Part shown: positions 12,972 to 15,808 of the stretch, piece by piece
Layout: each line of letters starts with the position of its first letter
Position numbering within the stretch: the first letter of the stretch is position 1
Assembly: GCA_050178385.1 (NCBI GenBank)
Contig: JBFXGD010000071.1
Location: 1 to 15,808 of the forward strand
Reading direction: 5' to 3'
DNA length: 15,808 bases
DNA from: Calditrichaceae bacterium
GTDB lineage: Bacteria > Calditrichota > Calditrichia > Calditrichales > JBFXGD01
Position numbers and translations under genes: made by a program
The notes under the pieces: generated by a model
What the model was told of the DNA's origin: nothing
Database searches by the model: none
The model's input: only the letters and a program-made list of their open reading frames with translations

Positions 12972-15314
12972 ATGTCAAGAGAATCAAATCTCCCTAACAA
13001 AAAGATTTTTCATGTATTGCCATTAAAAGATCTTGTTATTTTTCCGCACATGGTTGTTCCGCTGATTGTCGGCAGAAAACAGTCCATTGAGTCCATCGAA
13101 CTGGCCATGCTGAATGATAAAAATATATTTTTAGTGGCCCAAAAAGATTCGCTATTGGAAGATGTTCATCCCAAAGATCTGTTCCGGGTGGGCGTTGTCG
13201 GCCAGATACTCCAAATGGTGAAATTGCCGAATGGTTTAATCAAAATCCTTGTTGAGGGTACAGCCAGGGCAAAAGTTTCGCGTTATCGTGAAAAGAAAAA
13301 ATTTATCGAAGCAACGCTGGATTTACCTCCGGATATTATTGATGTAACAGAAGAGATGGAGGCGAAGAGACGTCAGCTTAGTGAACTTTTTAAAGATTAC
13401 ATCAAGATGAATGATGAGATCCCTGAAGAAATTCTGTTTTCTTTTAATCAATTGGAAGATGCAGAAAAAATCATTGATTTTGTCGCGACATATCTTGATG
13501 TGAAAATTGCAGAAAAACAAAAACTTCTGGAGAGATGGAATTACGAAGTCCGTCTGGACCATCTTTTGCAGCTATTAAGAAAAGAAAATCAGGTTCTGAC
13601 AATTAAAACGGATCTTGATGGCAGAGTTCGCGATGAAATGATGAAATCGCAGCGAAACTTTTATCTTCAGGAACAGATGAGAATCATCCGGGATGAACTC
13701 GGCGAAGAAGATGAAATCGCGCTGGAATTACATCACTTAAAGAAAAAAATAAAAAGCGCGGCCATGCCAGCTGATGTTCATGCCAAGGCAATGGAGGAAC
13801 TGCAGCGTTTTGCAAAGATTCCGCAATTGTCACCGGAATCGAATGTGATTAGAACTTACATAGAGTGGCTGGTTTCGGTCCCATGGAACAAAATGACAAA
13901 TGACACTACAAACATAGGCATAGCTCAAAAAATCCTTGATGAGGACCATCACGGATTGGAAAAGCCAAAGAAAAGAATTTTGGAATATATTGCGGTTCTG
14001 CAGCGGGTAAAAAAAATGCAGGGTGGGATATTATGCCTTGCCGGCCCTCCTGGTGTCGGAAAAACGTCGCTCGGGAAATCAATCGCGCGTTCCATGGGCA
14101 GGGAATTCATCCGGATATCGCTCGGTGGTGTCCATGATGAGGCTGAGATCAGAGGGCACAGGAGAACGTATATTGGTTCAATGCCCGGGAAGATCATTCA
14201 GGGGATGAAGAAAGCAGGTGTGAAAAATCCGATATTTTTGCTGGATGAAGTTGACAAGCTCGGACATGACTATCACGGTGATCCCGCCTCGGCTCTTCTT
14301 GAGGTGCTTGATCCTGAGCAAAACAGGACATTTATGGACCATTATCTTGAAGTCGAATACAGTCTTGCCAATGTTATGTTTATCGTTACAGCAAACAATC
14401 CGTTTGATATACCCGATGCGTTACTGGACCGTATGGAAATTATTGAACTGCCGGGATATCAGGATTTCGAAAAACTTCAGATTGCCAGGAAACATCTCAT
14501 ATCCAAGCAAATGAAAATTCACGGGCTGGAAGAGGGTGAATTAAAAATAGATGATGAGTCAATTAATGAGATAATTGTCAATTATACGATGGAAGCAGGC
14601 GTACGTAATTTAGAGCGGCAAATTAGTAAAATTTGCCGGCAAGCAGTCATGGAACTGTTAAAAAATAAAAGAAAAAAAGAAATTAATCTTGGTATGAAAA
14701 ACCTGAAGAAATATTTAGGGGAACCCAAATATCCTTCAAGGGGATTAAAGAGCAATGGTGAAATAGGAGTCGCGACCGGACTCGCCTGGACATCCTATGG
14801 CGGAGATATACTTAGAATCGAAGTGAACCTTCTTCAAGGTAAGGATAAATTGACTCTTACCGGTAAACTTGGGGATGTGATGCAGGAATCAGCAGTGATA
14901 GCGATGAGCTATATCCGGTCCCGCAGTAAAAAATATGACATAGATCCGGACTTCATAAACAAATACGATATCCATATCCACCTACCGGAAGGCGCTGTCC
15001 CTAAAGATGGTCCTTCAGCGGGCATCACACTGACAACAGCGGTTATTTCAGCATTGAAAAATGATGCCTACCCAACAGATATCGCCATGACAGGTGAAAT
15101 AACACTTCGCGGCAATATACTTGCTGTTGGCGGTTTAAACGAAAAATTGCTGGCAGCCAAAAGACATGGGATAAAGACAGTTATTCTTCCTGAAGAGAAT
15201 AAGAGTGATATTAAGGATATGGAAGCGCAGGTTTATGAAGGGATTGAATTAAAATTTGTAAAGCATTTTGATCAGGTATTTAAAATGATATTCAACAATA
15301 AAAAATCCGCGTAA
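12972..15314 (+). CDS. lon: Lon protease (endopeptidase La, LonA)
   Basis: N-terminal LPLKDLVIFP, Walker A GPPGVGKTS, RGHRRTYIGSMPG, LLDEVDK, catalytic Ser in PKDGPSAG and Lys in GGLNEKLLAA. Confidence 0.98.
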   Translation: MSRESNLPNKKIFHVLPLKDLVIFPHMVVPLIVGRKQSIESIELAMLNDKNIFLVAQKDSLLEDVHPKDLFRVGVVGQILQMVKLPNGLIKILVEGTARAKVSRYREKKKFIEATLDLPPDIIDVTEEMEAKRRQLSELFKDYIKMNDEIPEEILFSFNQLEDAEKIIDFVATYLDVKIAEKQKLLERWNYEVRLDHLLQLLRKENQVLTIKTDLDGRVRDEMMKSQRNFYLQEQMRIIRDELGEEDEIALELHHLKKKIKSAAMPADVHAKAMEELQRFAKIPQLSPESNVIRTYIEWLVSVPWNKMTNDTTNIGIAQKILDEDHHGLEKPKKRILEYIAVLQRVKKMQGGILCLAGPPGVGKTSLGKSIARSMGREFIRISLGGVHDEAEIRGHRRTYIGSMPGKIIQGMKKAGVKNPIFLLDEVDKLGHDYHGDPASALLEVLDPEQNRTFMDHYLEVEYSLANVMFIVTANNPFDIPDALLDRMEIIELPGYQDFEKLQIARKHLISKQMKIHGLEEGELKIDDESINEIIVNYTMEAGVRNLERQISKICRQAVMELLKNKRKKEINLGMKNLKKYLGEPKYPSRGLKSNGEIGVATGLAWTSYGGDILRIEVNLLQGKDKLTLTGKLGDVMQESAVIAMSYIRSRSKKYDIDPDFINKYDIHIHLPEGAVPKDGPSAGITLTTAVISALKNDAYPTDIAMTGEITLRGNILAVGGLNEKLLAAKRHGIKTVILPEENKSDIKDMEAQVYEGIELKFVKHFDQVFKMIFNNKKSA

Positions 15315-15332
15315 AAGCGGATTTTTTATTGT
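15295..15332. terminator. Bidirectional intrinsic terminator shared by lon and rpsT
   Basis: Perfect 16-bp inverted repeat ACAATAAAAAATCCGC-GTAAAA-GCGGATTTTTTATTGT, giving a GC core with a T6 tract on either strand. Confidence 0.85.
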
Positions 15333-15580
15333 AAATCACTGATAAATTTAGCCAGACGGGATTTTTGATTCGCAGCTTTATTTTTATGTATGATGCCCTT
15401 TGTGGCTAATTTATCTAAAAGAGCATAAGTTTCTTTTAGTCTGGATTCACCGGATTCTTTGTTCTCTGCGCTTAATACCGATTTAATCGCGGTTTTGATA
15501 CGACTTTTGTGCTGCCGGTTTACCAGGCGTGCTGCTTCAGAAGTTTTAATTCTTTTGATAGCTGATTTATGGTGAGCCAT
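15326..15580 (-). CDS. rpsT: 30S ribosomal protein S20
   Basis: MAHHKSAIKRIK, N...KSRIKTAIK and DKLATKGIIHKNKAANQKSRL. GGAGAAGGTGG RBS upstream. Confidence 0.97.
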   Translation of the reverse strand: MAHHKSAIKRIKTSEAARLVNRQHKSRIKTAIKSVLSAENKESGESRLKETYALLDKLATKGIIHKNKAANQKSRLAKFISDLQ

Positions 15581-15633
15581 GAATCCACCTTCTCCCTTAA
15601 AAATTTGAATGTAAATTTAAAAAATAATCAATT

Positions 15634-15662
15634 AATTTAAATTAATAATACTCTCATGTCAA
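15634..15662 (-). promoter_or_regulatory. sigma70-type promoter for rpsT
   Basis: Minus strand TTGACA (15662-15657), 17-nt spacer, TAAATT (15639-15634). The same TTTGACATGA -35 context occurs at the carbonic anhydrase promoter. Confidence 0.65.
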
Positions 15663-15808
15663 ATAATTATTGTGCAGTCTGATCTTCTTTTAAGGCTTAG
15701 ATCGTAAAAATAAAAAAAGGATTACGAAAATTTACGAAATATATAAATATGGTGTATCATAAACCAAATGTTGCGGTCAGATAAATATCTATTTAAATTA
15801 AACCTTTT

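Noticed and set aside
12879..15314. ClpX and Lon both end in -SA (KQSA, KKSA), suggestive of C-terminal degrons
   Set aside because: Such tails are common in ClpX, and the Lon tail is constrained by the overlapping terminator. There is no further support.
15631..15646. Perfect 16-nt palindrome ATTAATTTAAATTAAT over the rpsT -10
   Set aside because: It consists only of A/T in a very AT-rich tract, so a chance occurrence is too likely.
1..15808. CRISPR arrays, tRNA/rRNA genes, transposases, integrases, defence systems
   Set aside because: No regularly spaced repeats, cloverleaf-like sequences or mobile/defence protein motifs were seen. The intergenic gaps are short and mostly accounted for by promoters and terminators.

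Overview
Chromosomal window from a diderm (Gram-negative) bacterium with moderately AT-rich DNA and clear Shine-Dalgarno sites. An FCB-related lineage such as Calditrichota is only a guess. No mobile element, tRNA/rRNA or CRISPR array is visible. From left to right: (i) a tightly coupled + strand operon of a small membrane protein, a YbdL-like PLP aminotransferase, a YafV/Nit2-like omega-amidase and a secreted DUF4846-like protein that appears to carry an NlpC/P60-type Cys/His dyad; (ii) two - strand genes, a Cys-free CMD/AhpD-family protein and a beta-carbonic anhydrase; (iii) a + strand envelope cluster of an 870-aa Omp85-family beta-barrel protein, a VAT-1-like Zn-independent MDR oxidoreductase and a DUF481-like outer-membrane barrel; (iv) the housekeeping tig-clpP-clpX-lon cluster, converging on rpsT through a perfect 16-bp hairpin that overlaps both coding ends. 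The most interesting observation is the Omp85 protein. Its N-terminal region carries atypical-kinase (PI3/4K-HipA-CotH-like) motifs followed by RTX-like Ca-binding turns, with no recognisable POTRA domain. This suggests an autotransporter-like, extracytoplasmic kinase-fold enzyme. All family assignments come from motif recognition by eye, not database searches.
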